A stretch of 64,000 bases of DNA from Pristiophorus japonicus. Taxonomy: Eukaryota. The notes beneath the pieces are model-generated. The model was not told the DNA's origin. It worked only from the letters and a program-made list of their open reading frames with translations, and searched no databases. The stretch is taken from positions 45,384,001 through 45,448,000 of the forward strand of contig NC_091993.1 of the NCBI RefSeq assembly GCF_044704955.1, given 5' to 3'. Shown here one piece after another: positions 63,190 through 64,000 of the stretch (the first letter of the stretch is position 1; the number at the start of each line of letters is the position of its first letter). Both the position numbers and the translations under genes were made by a program.

Positions 63190-64000
63190 TCCTACTGTCC
63201 TCTCTCCTTCCCACAGCTCCTCTCTCCCTGGATTTCATCGGACACAGTGTAGGCCTCCTGAGCTCACTGTTGGCCCATGCTGCACCTTCCCTGGGCCCCG
63301 ACCCCACTGCTGGGTTCAACCTCGTTGCTAGGCTCGACCTTACTCCTGGGCCCCGACCTCGCTCCCAGGCCCCGACCTCGCTTCTGGGTCCCGACTTCGC
63401 TCCTGGGCCCCGACCCCGCTCCTCCCGACCTTGCCGCTCCTCCCGACCTCACTCCAATATACACAGCCAATCAGCTACCTGATTTCCAGTGATGTCACAC
63501 TTTGATTTTGTCTCCCTCTTGGGTTGGCTCATGTTGCTCCCTGCGGTGGATAGCTCCCCTGATCCCTGTTGTTGCTGATGTCTCCACTCAGGTCAGGCCC
63601 AGCAATGTGATGATGAACAGATAATCAGTATCAGTGATGTTGATTGAGGGAGAAATATTGGCCAGGACACTGAGATAATTCCCCTGCTCTTCTTTGAAAT
63701 AGTGCCATGGGATCTTTTACGTCCACCTGAGAGAGCAGATGGGGCCTCGGATTTAATGTCTCATCCGAAAGACGTTACCTCCAATAGTGCAGCACTCCCT
63801 CAGCACTGCACTGTCTGCTTAAATTTATTATGTTGAAGTCCCTGGGGTGGGACTTGTACCCACGACGTTCTGACTCAGAGACAAGGGTGCTGCCCACTGG
63901 GCCACGGCTTTGCAGATTGCATTGTGTTATTTTACCCACTTGTGACTCATGAGGTGACTTATTTTGGGCCTTCGTGTTATTAATTTAACAGTGTTGTTAT

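Larger units (their letters stand above)
54232..63599 (-). mobile_element. Full-length decayed RTE LINE, interrupted by a CR1 and Gypsy element C
   Basis: ORF start MKFGTWNVRTL (ATG ~62998, APE endonuclease); RT pieces (IFTAQQIQEKCREQ..F..L.K, GCVIAPTLF); C-terminal Cys motif; 3' (AGA)-rich tail at 54232-54244; repetitive 5' UTR at 63000-63599. Confidence 0.9.
54085..63905 (-). mobile_element. Deu-domain SINE split by a full-length RTE (pieces 54085-54231 and 63600-63905)
   Basis: 'gcaagatcccacaaaca' continues as 'gcaatgtgatgatgaacagataatc'; the same junction is contiguous in the SINE at ~8930-8945. Confidence 0.8.

Overview
This is repeat-dense vertebrate genomic DNA, not prokaryotic. The repeat repertoire (CR1 with (TTCTATG)n/(TTCTTATG)n tails, Deu-domain SINEs, RTE, Mag-clade Gypsy) points to a cartilaginous fish, which is an inference. 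Only one host gene segment is recognisable: the large first coding exon of a MINAR1/KIAA1024 (UBTOR) orthologue on the minus strand (ATG 8086, splice donor after 5921). The rest is a deeply nested transposon landscape. It includes (1) a full-length but decayed two-gene PIF/Harbinger transposon (21622-30455) whose Myb-like gene is split by a Gypsy element; (2) four full-length decayed Mag-clade Gypsy LTR elements; (3) a full-length RTE LINE inside a SINE, itself carrying Gypsy and CR1 insertions; and (4) Harbinger-type MITEs plus many CR1/L2/Tx1/SINE fragments. I cannot support a confidently novel biological system. The best leads are CTCF-like motifs (plus a hairpin in two families) in the Gypsy LTRs, an LTR-headed open Gag-CR1 fusion ORF, a TSD-less Gypsy insertion with a target deletion, and an intron-like module in a CR1 3' UTR. 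Family assignments come from motif recognition only; no database search was run. Repeat boundaries without TSD/TIR support are approximate.
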